A stretch of 62,775 nucleotides of DNA, the filler included, from Candidatus Zapsychrus exili (lineage in GTDB: Bacteria; Omnitrophota; Gorgyraeia; Zapsychrales; Zapsychraceae), in the NCBI GenBank assembly GCA_030765585.1. It is 5 parts of 5 records of this genome, joined end to end, with 100 filler letters (N's around TTAATTAATTAA, not from the genome) between each part and the next. Parts side by side here need not be neighbours in the genome. Positions count along the whole stretch, not along the records: positions 23,935 to 32,111 come from JAVCCJ010000116.1; positions 32,212 to 60,002 come from JAVCCJ010000022.1; 3 more parts are not named here. One strand, 5' to 3'. Both the position numbers and the translations under genes were made by a program. Each line of letters begins with the position of its first letter. Within the stretch, counting starts at the first letter, position 1. The notes beneath the pieces are model-generated. The model was given only the letters and a program-made list of their open reading frames with translations. It was not told where the DNA came from and did no database searches. Positions 31,319 to 41,832 of this stretch are shown here, piece by piece.

Positions 31319-31696
31319 ATGAACGAGAGAGCAAGTTTTAAAAATGAAGAAAATCCTTTAGAGGACAGCGCTGATACTGTTGTCATTCTAAAAAGAATAC
31401 AGAAGAAGTTAGAATCTATAGAAGAGAAAATAGATTCTTTAATAAAACAGTCAAAGCCAAGAACATTCTCGAGTAAGCATCATTCAAAGCCTTACAAGGA
31501 GTATGATAAGCCTAAGCGTTTCGGAGATAGAAAACGAGAAGGAAGTAAAGAAGGCGCCAGAGATGGAGCTAGTAGTGAAGGAAAGTTTTATCGCGGATAT
31601 CCGTTTAAGAAAAAAGATGATGCTAAGAGTTCTTTCAAAAAGAAAGAAGGCTCTAAAAGTTCTTATAGGAATAAAAAACGATCTTTAGATAAATAG
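31319..31696 (+). CDS. Hypothetical protein, coiled coil plus Lys/Arg-rich tail
   Basis: GGAG SD, LKRIQKKLESIEEKIDSLI, basic low-complexity C-terminus. Confidence 0.65.
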   Translation: MNERASFKNEENPLEDSADTVVILKRIQKKLESIEEKIDSLIKQSKPRTFSSKHHSKPYKEYDKPKRFGDRKREGSKEGARDGASSEGKFYRGYPFKKKDDAKSSFKKKEGSKSSYRNKKRSLDK

Positions 31697-31728
31697 TAAG
31701 ATATTACTAATAAAGGAGGAGTGACATA

Positions 31729-31809
31729 ATGGGAGATAAGAGCAAGAAAGATAAAAATAAAGGAAGTAAGCAAAAACAAGCAAAGCAAAATAAAAAGTCA
31801 AAGAAATAA
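31729..31809 (+). CDS. 26-aa Lys-rich microprotein MGDKSKKDKNKGSKQKQAKQNKKSKK
   Basis: Strong SD AAAGGAGGAG, followed by terminator; absent from ORF track. Confidence 0.55.
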   Translation: MGDKSKKDKNKGSKQKQAKQNKKSKK

Positions 31810-31859
31810 GTATATCGAAATAAAAGCAATAGAAAAAGAAGTAAACAATTAAACGTGTC

Positions 31860-31900
31860 TTTAAAAGGCCTAATACCGTTAAGGTGTTAGGCCTTTTAAA
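31860..31900. terminator. Intrinsic terminator hairpin
   Basis: TTTAAAAGGCCTAATACC-GTTAA-GGTGTTAGGCCTTTTAAA. Confidence 0.75.
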
Positions 31901-31927
31901 GTGAGGTTTTTAAAATTAAGGTACCGT

Positions 31928-32111
31928 TGTTAATGCTCACTAATTCGGTAACTCTTTTGGTATAATAATACAGCTAAAGGAGATCTAATGGTTTACAATC
32001 AACAAGTCCTTATTAAACGATGGATACCGATTCTTCAAGAGTACGAAAAGTGCAAGAATAAAGTAACACCGCGCTGTTTTAAATATGTTAAACATATATG
32101 TGAAGCTCATC
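31928..32111 (+). mobile_element. Possible left end of an IS (IS481-like) with transposase N-terminus 31988->contig end
   Basis: TGT-start, TATAAT, AAAGGAG SD, ORF MVYNQQVLIKRWIPILQEYEKCK...FKYVKHICEAH resembles transposase N-termini from memory; contig break fits a repeat. Confidence 0.35.
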
Positions 32112-32211
32112 NNNNNNNNNNNNNNNNNNNNNNNNNNNNNNNNNNNNNNNNNNNNTTAATTAATTAANNNNNNNNNNNNNNNNNNNNNNNNNNNNNNNNN
32201 NNNNNNNNNNN
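32112..32211. other. Artificial contig linker
   Basis: N44-TTAATTAATTAA-N44. Confidence 0.98.
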
Positions 32212-32628
32212 AGTATTTTACTTTCTGGTAAAGGCGCAGGACAAATGGCTGCAGCATCTGGCGTTGTAAGCGATCTTATTAATTTATCTTCAAAAGAGCC
32301 AGGAGCTAATCTATTGTGTAATTTATATGATGAAGATCCTAAGCTGAAGATTAAAAAAATTGACCAGATAAAAACAAAATTTTATATAAGATTTATGGCA
32401 CTTGATAAGCCAGGGGTGCTGTCCAATATATCTGGAATACTAGGGAAACATGGCATTAGCATTAATTCTGTGACTCAAAAAGCTCATAACAAAAAGGCAT
32501 CTGTTGCAGTCGTTATGCTAACAGATTACGCTACTGAAAAAATGGTTAAATTAGCTTTAGATAAAATACATAAACTTTCTATCGTAAGAAGTAAGCCAGT
32601 TGCAATAAGAATGGAGAAATTATGGTAA
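32212..32628 (+). CDS. hom: Homoserine dehydrogenase, C-terminal part (5'-truncated)
   Basis: GKGAGQMAAASGVVSD, ACT domain FYIRF..LDKPGVL; upstream of thrC. Confidence 0.88.
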   Translation, partial: SILLSGKGAGQMAAASGVVSDLINLSSKEPGANLLCNLYDEDPKLKIKKIDQIKTKFYIRFMALDKPGVLSNISGILGKHGISINSVTQKAHNKKASVAVVMLTDYATEKMVKLALDKIHKLSIVRSKPVAIRMEKLW

Positions 32629-33680
32629 ATTTTAAAGGCCTTATTGAAGAGTATAGAGAATTTCTTCCTGTGACAGAAAAGACTCCAGTTGTAAGTTTAT
32701 TGGAGGGAAATACTCCGCTCATTTATTCATATAATTTGTCAGAAATCTTAGGACTTAAGATTTATTTAAAATACGAAGGCCTAAATCCAACTGGTTCTTT
32801 TAAAGACCGTGGAATGACCATGGCAATCTCTAAAGCAAAAGAAGAAGGTGCAAAAGCTGTTATGTGTGCTTCTACTGGAAACACCTCTGCTTCTGCAGCT
32901 GCATACTCTGCGCGTTGTGGGCTAAAATGTGTCGTTTTAATTCCAGAAGGAAATATTGCTTTAGGTAAATTAGCACAGGCCATGGTACATAATGCTCAAG
33001 TAATTGCTATTAAAGGAAACTTTGATGATGCCTTAAATCTAGTTAAAGAGATAACATCAAATTATCCTATAGTTTTAGTTAATTCTCTTAATCCGTACAG
33101 AATCGAAGGACAGAAAACAGCGTCTTTTGAAGTCTGTAAAGTGTTAGGCGATGCTCCAGAGTTTCATGCAATTCCCGTAGGAAATGCAGGAAACATAACA
33201 GCCTATTGGAAAGGATACAAAGAGTACAAGGAAGCAGGTAAATCAAAAGGACTACCTAAAATGCTAGGCTTTCAAGCAAAAGGTTCGGCTCCTATAGTTG
33301 AAGGTAAGATAGTAGAAAAACCAGAGACTCTTGCAACAGCTATAAGAATCGGAAAGCCTGCAAGCTGGAAACAAGCAGAAGCTGCACGCGACGAATCAGG
33401 TGGTTTAATAGATTCAGTTACTGATGATGAAATTATTGCTGCCTATAAAATGCTAGCATCAAAAGACGGAGTTTTTGTTGAACCCGCATCAGCTGCTTCT
33501 GTTGCAGGTATATTAAAACTAAATAAGAACGGTTATTTCAAGAACGCAAAAGATCAAAAAATAGTTTGCACATTGACAGGTCATGGACTAAAAGATCCTA
33601 ACATCGCCATTAAAAACGTAGTAGAGCCAAAATCAATAGATGCTAATCTTAAAGCTGTTTTAAAAGAAATAGGACTTTAA
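32622..33680 (+). CDS. thrC: Threonine synthase
   Basis: NPTGSFKDRGM, CASTGNTSAS, PVGNAGN, TGHGLKDP. Confidence 0.95.
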   Translation: MVNFKGLIEEYREFLPVTEKTPVVSLLEGNTPLIYSYNLSEILGLKIYLKYEGLNPTGSFKDRGMTMAISKAKEEGAKAVMCASTGNTSASAAAYSARCGLKCVVLIPEGNIALGKLAQAMVHNAQVIAIKGNFDDALNLVKEITSNYPIVLVNSLNPYRIEGQKTASFEVCKVLGDAPEFHAIPVGNAGNITAYWKGYKEYKEAGKSKGLPKMLGFQAKGSAPIVEGKIVEKPETLATAIRIGKPASWKQAEAARDESGGLIDSVTDDEIIAAYKMLASKDGVFVEPASAASVAGILKLNKNGYFKNAKDQKIVCTLTGHGLKDPNIAIKNVVEPKSIDANLKAVLKEIGL

Positions 33681-33685
33681 GCAAA

Positions 33686-34327
33686 ATGGCACTAAAGAAT
33701 AAAAAGATACTAATAACCTGCGGTCCAACATGGGTTCCAATTGATGATGTAAGGGTCATAAGCAATACTTCGACAGGGTCGCTTGGCCAAACTATTGCAA
33801 GAGACCTAAAAACCGCTGGTGCGAAGATAACATTACTAGAAGGACCTGTAAAAGAACCAATTAAAGAAAAATCTGTAAAAGTTATAAAATTCTCTTATTT
33901 TAATGAGTTATCTGTTCTTCTTAAAAAAGAATTAAAAAAGAATTACGATATAGTAATACACGCGGCAGCTGTATCGGATTACAAGCTAACTAAAAAGCTT
34001 AAAGAAAAGATTTCCTCTAAATTTAAGAAATTAAAATTAGAACTAGTTCCCACTGAAAAACTTATAAATATAATTAAGAAGATTAACGATAAAGTTTTTC
34101 TAGTGGGATTTAAATTAGAACCAAAGATGACAAAACAAGTAGCTAAAAAAGAATCTGACAGTCTTATAAGCCAAGCGAAATGCAACCTTGTTGTAGCCAA
34201 TAGCAATCCAAATAAAAGATATTGCGCATATATCTTAGACAGCGGTCTTAATATATTGGCTAAAGATAAAACAAGAAAAAGCGTATCTAAATCTTTAACA
34301 AAAGTATTGAAGGAAGCTTATTTATGA
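33686..34327 (+). CDS. coaB: Stand-alone phosphopantothenate-cysteine ligase (CoaB half of CoaBC)
   Basis: LITCGPTWVPIDDVRVISNTSTG, HAAAVSDY, LVGFKLE, VVAN. Confidence 0.75.
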   Translation: MALKNKKILITCGPTWVPIDDVRVISNTSTGSLGQTIARDLKTAGAKITLLEGPVKEPIKEKSVKVIKFSYFNELSVLLKKELKKNYDIVIHAAAVSDYKLTKKLKEKISSKFKKLKLELVPTEKLINIIKKINDKVFLVGFKLEPKMTKQVAKKESDSLISQAKCNLVVANSNPNKRYCAYILDSGLNILAKDKTRKSVSKSLTKVLKEAYL

Positions 34328-35526
34328 AATATATAATCATCGTTCCTGATGGAATGGCTGACCATCCAGTAGAAGAAATTGGAGGCAGAACACCTCTGGA
34401 AGTAGCAAATACTCCTAATATGGATTATCTAGCACAACGAGGCTGTACCGGATTAGTACAAACAATTCCTAAAGGAATGCGTCCAGGATCAGATGTAGCA
34501 AACATGTCTCTTCTAGGATATGACCCCAAAACATGTTCTTTCGGACGCGCTTCACTTGAAGCCGCAAATCTAGGAGTTAATATAGAGGATGATGAGGTTG
34601 CTTTTAGATGCAACTTAGTTACAGTTGAAAACAATAACATGATTGACTATAGTTCAGGCCATATTAGCACAAAAGAAGCTTCACTTCTTATAGATGCGCT
34701 AAACGAAGAAATGGGTTTTCCTGAAATAAAATTATACACAGGAAAAAGCTATCGCCATCTTTTAGTTCTAAAAACAAATAATGCTAAAGAGTTTCTAAAA
34801 ATAGATGCTACTCCGCCTCACGATATTTTGAGTAAAGATATAAAACCATATTTACCAAAAGGAAATAATGCAGATGTCTTATTAAAATATATGGAAAAAT
34901 CTGTAGAAATTTTAAAAAAACATTCTGTAAATAAAGTTAGAATCGATTTAAAAGAAAATCCTGCTAACATGATTTGGCTCTGGGGACAAGGAGGCAAACT
35001 TAATATACCTTCTTTTGAAGATAAATTTGGCGTAAAAGGCTCAATTATATCAGCTGTTGACTTAGTCAATGGTCTTGGCAAAATAACAGATCTAGATGTA
35101 GTTACTGTTCCTGGAATAACAGGATACTACGATACAAACTACTTAGGAAAAGCTGAATATGGTCTAGAATCACTTAAATCAAGAGACTTTGTTTACATCC
35201 ATATTGAAGCGCCTGATGAAGCAGGGCATAATGGAGACTTAAATGCAAAAATACGATCTATAGAGCAAATAGATAAGCATATCGTAGGAACTGCAATTAA
35301 TAATTTTGGAGAGCATGATGATGTCAGAATCTTAGTTGTTCCAGATCACGCAACTCCATTAAATTTAAGAACACATACATCAGAACCTGTTGGTTTTGTT
35401 ATGTATGGCAAGGGGCTTCCACTTGACAATTCTTCTTCGTTCAGCGAAAAAATAGCATCTTCGCAAGAATTAAGATTTGAAAGTGGTTGCGAATTAACTA
35501 AATACTTTATAAAGAAATATACCTAA
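34324..35526 (+). CDS. apgM: Cofactor-independent phosphoglycerate mutase family (ApgM-like; possible homoserine kinase substitute)
   Basis: PDGMAD, TPLE, PGSDVAN, HIEAPDEAGH, PDHATP, THTSEPV. Confidence 0.85.
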   Translation: MKYIIIVPDGMADHPVEEIGGRTPLEVANTPNMDYLAQRGCTGLVQTIPKGMRPGSDVANMSLLGYDPKTCSFGRASLEAANLGVNIEDDEVAFRCNLVTVENNNMIDYSSGHISTKEASLLIDALNEEMGFPEIKLYTGKSYRHLLVLKTNNAKEFLKIDATPPHDILSKDIKPYLPKGNNADVLLKYMEKSVEILKKHSVNKVRIDLKENPANMIWLWGQGGKLNIPSFEDKFGVKGSIISAVDLVNGLGKITDLDVVTVPGITGYYDTNYLGKAEYGLESLKSRDFVYIHIEAPDEAGHNGDLNAKIRSIEQIDKHIVGTAINNFGEHDDVRILVVPDHATPLNLRTHTSEPVGFVMYGKGLPLDNSSSFSEKIASSQELRFESGCELTKYFIKKYT

Positions 35527-35528
35527 TT

Positions 35529-36749
35529 ATGAAAAAACCAATTATAGTTCAAAAATTCGGAGGATCCTCCGTAAAAAACATCGAACGCATAAAGGCAGTT
35601 GCAAAGCGTATCGTTGAGAAAAATCCTAAACGAAACCATTTGGTCGTTGTTGTCTCCGCCTTAGGAGATACTACTGACGAGCTTGAAGGTTTGGCATTTG
35701 GAATTACAAAAAATCCACCTAAAAGAGAGATGGATATGCTTATGTCAACTGGCGAGCAAATTTCTTGTGCGCTTCTTGCAATGGCTGTAAAAGAGTTAGG
35801 ATGTGACTCCATTGCTTTAACTGGGGGACAAGTTGGAATAAAAACAGACAAGTCTCACACTAAAGCAAGAATAGAAACAATTTGCGGTAGACGCATAAGA
35901 AAGGCCTTAGAAGAAAACAAAGTTGTTATAGTCGCTGGATTCCAAGGTATAAATGAAGATGACGATATAACAACTCTAGGTAGAGGAGGCTCAGATTTAA
36001 CTGCAGTTGCACTTGCGCAATCTTTAAAAGCTTCCGTTTGCGAGATATATACTGATGTTGATGGAATATACACATCAGATCCTAGAAAAGTAAAAGACGC
36101 AAAAAAAATAAATAAAATAACTTTCGATGAAATGCTTGAAATGGCATCACTTGGCGCACAAGTTATGCAGGCGCGCTCAATCGAAGTCGCAAGGAGATTC
36201 AATATTCCTTTACATGTTAGATCTAGCTATTCCAATCAGGAGGGAACAATGATAATTAAAAAAGATGAAAAACTTGAAGACATCTCTGTAAGAGGTGTAA
36301 CTAGCAATAAAACAGAATCAAAAATTACAATATGCTCTGTGCCAGATCAATCTGGAATTGCTGCTAAGATATTTACTGAAATATCTAAAGTGGGCGCAAA
36401 TGTAGATGTTATCGTTCAAAACATAAGTCGCACAAGACACACTGACATATCTTTTACTGTACCAAAAGCAGACTTAACCAAAGCTCTTAAAGCAGCTAAA
36501 ATAGTTGCAAAGAAAATAAAAGCAGGTGAGGTTACATCTGATAAAAATGTTGCGAGAGTTTCTATTGTCGGATCAGGTATGCGCTCGCATCAGGGAATAG
36601 CAGCAAGAATGTTCCAATCTTTAGCTAAGGCTAAAATTAACATAGATATGATATCGACTTCAGAAATAAGCATATCTTGTATCATAAGCCAAGATCAAAC
36701 GGATAAAGCTGTTAAGGCATTGCACAAAGAGTTTGAATTAGGAAAATAA
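35529..36749 (+). CDS. lysC: Aspartate kinase
   Basis: VQKFGGSSV, TTLGRGGSD, YTDVDG, two ACT domains, ISTSEISIS. Confidence 0.95.
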   Translation: MKKPIIVQKFGGSSVKNIERIKAVAKRIVEKNPKRNHLVVVVSALGDTTDELEGLAFGITKNPPKREMDMLMSTGEQISCALLAMAVKELGCDSIALTGGQVGIKTDKSHTKARIETICGRRIRKALEENKVVIVAGFQGINEDDDITTLGRGGSDLTAVALAQSLKASVCEIYTDVDGIYTSDPRKVKDAKKINKITFDEMLEMASLGAQVMQARSIEVARRFNIPLHVRSSYSNQEGTMIIKKDEKLEDISVRGVTSNKTESKITICSVPDQSGIAAKIFTEISKVGANVDVIVQNISRTRHTDISFTVPKADLTKALKAAKIVAKKIKAGEVTSDKNVARVSIVGSGMRSHQGIAARMFQSLAKAKINIDMISTSEISISCIISQDQTDKAVKALHKEFELGK

Positions 36750-36777
36750 AATAGCGCATAGCTAAGGAGAATGAATA

Positions 36778-38343
36778 ATGTCCAAAATAACTATATATGA
36801 CACAACCTTAAGAGACGGTTCTCAAGCTGAAGGAATATCTTTTTCTGTAACAGATAAAATTAAGATAGCTAAAAAGCTTGATGAGCTAGGGGTGCACTAT
36901 ATCGAAGGTGGTTGGCCGGGATCAAACCCCAAGGACAGAGAATTCTTTAAAGCTTTCAAAAATAAAAAGTTAAAAAATGCTGTAATTGCAGCTTTTGGTT
37001 CAACAAGAAGAGCCAAAATAAAGGCATCTGAAGATATAAATCTTAATGAACTTATAAAATCCGGAGCGCAAACAGTTACGATATTCGGAAAAACATGGGA
37101 TCTTCATGTAACAGATATAATAAAAACTTCCTTAGAAGAAAATCTGAACATGATATACGATTCAGTTAAGTTCTTAAAAAAGAAAAAGAGAGAAGTATTT
37201 TACGATGCAGAGCATTTCTTTGACGGATACAAAAGCAATCCAGAGTATGCAATAAAAACTCTTTTAAAAGCAGAAGAGGCAGGAGCAGATTATCTTGTTT
37301 TGTGTGACACCAATGGTGGCTCTTTAACTGAAGAAGTTAAGAAAATAGTATCCGCTGTTAAAGCGAGAGTATCTGTGCCTTTAGGATTCCATTGTCACAA
37401 CGACTTAGGATTAGCTGTTGCAAATAGCATTGCATCAGTCGAAGCAGGATGCGCTCAAGTGCAAGGAACATTAAACGGAATAGGTGAGCGTTGCGGAAAT
37501 GCTGATTTATGCACTATCATCGCAATACTTGCAACAAAAATGAATATAAAAAGTATTCCAGGTGCAAACGTAAAACATCTAAAAGAAGCGTCTTACTTTA
37601 TCAGCGAAATAAGCAATATAAAGGTGCCTGACTATGCAGCTTTTGTCGGACACTCAGCTTTTGCCCATAAAGGAGGAGTGCATATAGATGCTATGCTTAA
37701 AAATCCTTTAGCATATGAACATATTAATCCTAAAACAGTTGGAAACCATAGCAGATTTTTAACATCCGAGCTTGCAGGCAAGATGCCTATATTAATAAAA
37801 GCTCAAAAAATGAATGTTGTGTTAGATAAAAAATCTCCTGAAGCGAAAAAAATACTTAAAAGTCTTCAAGACAAAGAACACAAAGGTTATCAATTTGAAG
37901 CAGCTGATGCATCATTTGAGCTTTTTATAAAACGTTCTTTAAAAAAATACAAACCTTTCTTTGACTTAGAGGGGTTCAAGGTTACAACAGAAAAGCGTTT
38001 TGATGGCAAAACTTTTGCAGAGGCATCGGTAAGAGTTAAAGTAAAGGGTAAAGAAATGTTTAACGCATCTGAAGGAGATGGTCCGGTTGATGCCTTAGAT
38101 AAAGCACTTAGAACTTCTTTAAAAAAGTTTTACCCTAAATTGAAAGAGATGCATCTTACTGATTATAAAGTTCGTGTTCTTAATGCAAAAGAGGGAACTG
38201 CAGCACAAGTTCGTGTTTTAATTGAATCTCAAGATAACAACGATTCATGGACGACAGTAGGAGTACATAAAAATATAATCGAGGCAAGTTGGGAAGCCTT
38301 AATTGATAGCATTGAATACAAATTATTAAAAGATAAGAAATAA
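36778..38343 (+). CDS. cimA: Citramalate synthase (LeuA-like)
   Basis: YDTTLRDGSQ, EGGWPGSNPKD, YDAEHFFDG, HCHND, FAHKGGVH, GDGPVDALD. Confidence 0.9.
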   Translation: MSKITIYDTTLRDGSQAEGISFSVTDKIKIAKKLDELGVHYIEGGWPGSNPKDREFFKAFKNKKLKNAVIAAFGSTRRAKIKASEDINLNELIKSGAQTVTIFGKTWDLHVTDIIKTSLEENLNMIYDSVKFLKKKKREVFYDAEHFFDGYKSNPEYAIKTLLKAEEAGADYLVLCDTNGGSLTEEVKKIVSAVKARVSVPLGFHCHNDLGLAVANSIASVEAGCAQVQGTLNGIGERCGNADLCTIIAILATKMNIKSIPGANVKHLKEASYFISEISNIKVPDYAAFVGHSAFAHKGGVHIDAMLKNPLAYEHINPKTVGNHSRFLTSELAGKMPILIKAQKMNVVLDKKSPEAKKILKSLQDKEHKGYQFEAADASFELFIKRSLKKYKPFFDLEGFKVTTEKRFDGKTFAEASVRVKVKGKEMFNASEGDGPVDALDKALRTSLKKFYPKLKEMHLTDYKVRVLNAKEGTAAQVRVLIESQDNNDSWTTVGVHKNIIEASWEALIDSIEYKLLKDKK

Positions 38344-38349
38344 ACAACT

Positions 38350-40968
38350 ATGTCAGAACTTTCAAAAAGATTTGATTTTAAAGAAGTAGATTCCAAATGG
38401 TGTAAGTATTGGGAAGATAATGATGTCTTTGAGGCAAAAGCCAACAAAGACAAAATTCCATACACAATAGTAATTCCACCGCCTAATGTAACTGGAATTC
38501 TTCACATGGGCCACGCTCTAAATAATACCTTACAAGATATTATCATTCGCTACAAAAGAATGAAAGGGTTTGAAGCTCTTTGGATGCCCGGCACAGATCA
38601 TGCAGGTATTGCAACTCAAAATGTGGTCGAGAGAAAACTAGCCAAAGAAGGCAAAGGGAGAGAAGACGTTGGGCGCGACGCTTTTGTCGATATGCTCTGG
38701 AGCTGGAAAAAAGAATATGGCGACACAATTATAAATCAACTTAAAAATATTGGTGCATCATGCGATTGGAAACGTACACGTTTTACAATGGATGATGGCT
38801 ACAGCGAAGCGGTAAAACAAGCATTTATAAAACTCTACAAGAAAGATTTAATTTATCGCGGAACATATATTATCAACTGGTGTCCAAGATGTTTAACAGC
38901 CTTATCAGATGAAGAGGCGGAACATCAAGATCATCAAGGTCACCTTTATCATCTAAAATATCCACTTAAAGATGATCCGGAAAATTATATTATTGTAGCA
39001 ACAACTCGTCCTGAAACAATGCTTGGGGATACTGCTGTTGCGGTCAATCCAAAAGATAAAAGATATAAAAAGTTAGTCGGAAAAACATTAATTCTTCCTC
39101 TTATAAATAGAGAGATTAAAATCATTGCAGATGACTTTGTTGATATGGAGTTTGGCTCTGGCGCTGTTAAAGTAACGCCTGCTCATGACCCTAATGATTA
39201 TCATATGGGGAAAAGAAATAATCTTGAATTTATAAATGTAATGCACGAAAATGGAAAAATAAACAAGAACGGTGGAGAGTTTGATGGTCTTGATAGGTTT
39301 GATGCTCGCAAAAAAGTTTTAGAGTCTCTAGAAAAACAGGGGCTTCTTTTAAAAACAGAAGATCACGCACACGCCGTCGGACATTGCTACAGATGCGATA
39401 CGATTGTTGAACCATATCTTTCTAAACAATGGTTTGTCAGAATGGCACCACTTGCTGCACCTGCAGTAAAAGCGGTCAAAGATGGAAAGATTAAGTTTAC
39501 ACCTGATAGATGGACAAAAGTTTACCTAAACTGGATGGAGAACATTCGCGACTGGTGTATCTCGCGACAAATATGGTGGGGACACAGAATACCTGTTTGG
39601 TATTGTGATGATTGCAATAATGAAATGGTAGCCGCTGATGAGCTAAAAACATGTACTAAATGCAACTCTGCAAACATACGACAAGATGAAGATGTTTTAG
39701 ATACATGGTTCTCATCATGGCTTTGGCCTTTTGCTACTTTAGGGTGGCCAAAAGAAAACGAAGAACTTAAATATTTTTACCCAACATCATCCTTGTTTAC
39801 TGCGTCTGAAATTATATTCTTCTGGGTTGCTCGTATGATCATGGCAGGCTTTGAATTTATGGGAGATATTCCTTTTTCTGATGTATATATACACGGAACT
39901 GTTCGCGATTCAAAAGGACGCAAAATGTCAAAATCTCTAGGAAATGCTATTGATCCTTTAGAGATTGTAAACGAGTACGGAGCTGATGCGCTCAGATTCA
40001 GTTTAATTGTAAACTCGGGACAAGATCTTTTTATATCAAAAGAAAAATTTGAAATAGGTCGTAACTTTGCAAACAAAATATGGAATGCATCTCGTCTTAT
40101 TTTAATGAATGCAAAAGATATTGATAAAAACTTTGATTTATCTAAAACTGAAAATCTCGACTTACCATCTAAATGGATAATATCAAGGTTTCATTCAACA
40201 CTAGAAAAAGTATCTGACTCTATTGAGAGATACAGATATTCAGAAGCTGAAAATCTTATATACGAATTCTTCTGGAGCACTTTCTGCGATTGGTATTTAG
40301 AAATAATAAAAGACAACTGGGGCAATAAGCAGATTCAAAATATCGCATACAAAATAATGGAAGAGTCGTTAAAGATAATCCATCCATTTATGCCATTTGT
40401 TACAGAAGAAATTTGGGACAACATCAATAAAGACAAGGGTGTACTTTCCATTCAACCTTGGCCAGAACTAGACAAAAATCTTATAAATAAAAAAGCTGAA
40501 AAAAATATGTTGCTTGTAATCGAACACACGACTTCCATAAGAAACACACGCTCGCAATGGAACATAAGCCCTAAAGAAGAGCTTACTTGTCATTTTGCAG
40601 CACATTCAAAAGATTCCTTAAATACGCTAAAAGAAAACGCAGAAGTACTTATAAATATTGCCAAGTTGAAAGATGTAAAAATGGATGAGAAATTGCAGCA
40701 AACAAAGAATGTTGCTATAAATGTAATCGGAGATTCTGAAAATGCAATTCTTTTAGAGGGGATTGTAGATATAGGCAAGGAAAAAAGCAAAATATTAAAA
40801 CAAATAGACGAACACAAAAAACTTGGGGCAGGATTATCAAAGCGTCTTTCAAATAAGAACTTTACAGATAAAGCACCTGAAGATGTTGTAAAAAAAGAGA
40901 AAGAACGGCTAGAATCTATTGAAATAAAAGTAACAAAAATGGAGGCAGCAGTCGCTGCATTAAACTAG
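38350..40968 (+). CDS. valS: Valine--tRNA ligase
   Basis: PPPNVTGILHMGH, DHAGIATQ, DWCISRQIWWGH, KMSKS, C-terminal coiled coil. Confidence 0.97.
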   Translation: MSELSKRFDFKEVDSKWCKYWEDNDVFEAKANKDKIPYTIVIPPPNVTGILHMGHALNNTLQDIIIRYKRMKGFEALWMPGTDHAGIATQNVVERKLAKEGKGREDVGRDAFVDMLWSWKKEYGDTIINQLKNIGASCDWKRTRFTMDDGYSEAVKQAFIKLYKKDLIYRGTYIINWCPRCLTALSDEEAEHQDHQGHLYHLKYPLKDDPENYIIVATTRPETMLGDTAVAVNPKDKRYKKLVGKTLILPLINREIKIIADDFVDMEFGSGAVKVTPAHDPNDYHMGKRNNLEFINVMHENGKINKNGGEFDGLDRFDARKKVLESLEKQGLLLKTEDHAHAVGHCYRCDTIVEPYLSKQWFVRMAPLAAPAVKAVKDGKIKFTPDRWTKVYLNWMENIRDWCISRQIWWGHRIPVWYCDDCNNEMVAADELKTCTKCNSANIRQDEDVLDTWFSSWLWPFATLGWPKENEELKYFYPTSSLFTASEIIFFWVARMIMAGFEFMGDIPFSDVYIHGTVRDSKGRKMSKSLGNAIDPLEIVNEYGADALRFSLIVNSGQDLFISKEKFEIGRNFANKIWNASRLILMNAKDIDKNFDLSKTENLDLPSKWIISRFHSTLEKVSDSIERYRYSEAENLIYEFFWSTFCDWYLEIIKDNWGNKQIQNIAYKIMEESLKIIHPFMPFVTEEIWDNINKDKGVLSIQPWPELDKNLINKKAEKNMLLVIEHTTSIRNTRSQWNISPKEELTCHFAAHSKDSLNTLKENAEVLINIAKLKDVKMDEKLQQTKNVAINVIGDSENAILLEGIVDIGKEKSKILKQIDEHKKLGAGLSKRLSNKNFTDKAPEDVVKKEKERLESIEIKVTKMEAAVAALN

Positions 40969-40974
40969 AAAGTA

Positions 40975-41832
40975 ATGATGAACTCAAAAGAATCAAAACA
41001 ATTTATATTACAAGCGCTTTTAGAAGACACATTTGACCAAGACATAACAACAAATCTTTTGGTTCCTAAAAACAAAATGTCTTCTGCATATATTATTTCT
41101 AAAAACGATGCTACCGTTTGCGGAGTCAACATAGCAAAAGATGTATTTAAAAAGCTAGACAAAAAGATATCGTTTAAAGCTCATTGCAAAGATGGAGACA
41201 AAGTAAAAAAGGGAACAAAAATAGCATCACTAAAAGGAAGAACAAGAGCCATATTAACAGGCGAGAGAACCGCTCTTAACTTTTTAGGATACTTATCGGG
41301 AATTGCAACCAATACGAGTAAGTTTGTTGACAATATAAAACCATACAAAGCTGGAATATTAGACACAAGAAAAACAACTCCTGGTCTAAGAGCGCTCGAA
41401 AAATATGCTGTAAGATGTGGTGGTGGAGTCAATCATCGTCATAATTTAAAAGAAATGATAATAATAAAAGACAATCATCGTGAAATATCAGAACATTTTG
41501 ATAAAGTGATAGATTCTATTGAGAAGTTTAGAAAAAAATATAAGAAAATCATTGTTGTAGAAGTTGATACCCTAACTCAACTTCGTCAAGTTTTAACAGC
41601 CAATCCAGATATAATATTGCTTGACAATATGACACCAATTCAATTAAAAAAAGCTGTTAACATAGTAAAAAACATAAAAAAAAGAAAGAAGCCGTTATTA
41701 GAAGCTTCTGGTGGAGTAACTCTAAAAAGTGTTCGTTCTGTTGCAAAAACTGGCGTAGACAGAATATCTACCGGCGCACTAACACATACATACAAAACAA
41801 TAGATATGTCTATGGAGATTGATAGTTTATGA
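40975..41832 (+). CDS. nadC: Nicotinate-nucleotide pyrophosphorylase (quinolinate phosphoribosyltransferase)
   Basis: GERTALN, DTRKTTPG, IKDNH, LLDNM, EASGG. Confidence 0.95.
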   Translation: MMNSKESKQFILQALLEDTFDQDITTNLLVPKNKMSSAYIISKNDATVCGVNIAKDVFKKLDKKISFKAHCKDGDKVKKGTKIASLKGRTRAILTGERTALNFLGYLSGIATNTSKFVDNIKPYKAGILDTRKTTPGLRALEKYAVRCGGGVNHRHNLKEMIIIKDNHREISEHFDKVIDSIEKFRKKYKKIIVVEVDTLTQLRQVLTANPDIILLDNMTPIQLKKAVNIVKNIKKRKKPLLEASGGVTLKSVRSVAKTGVDRISTGALTHTYKTIDMSMEIDSL

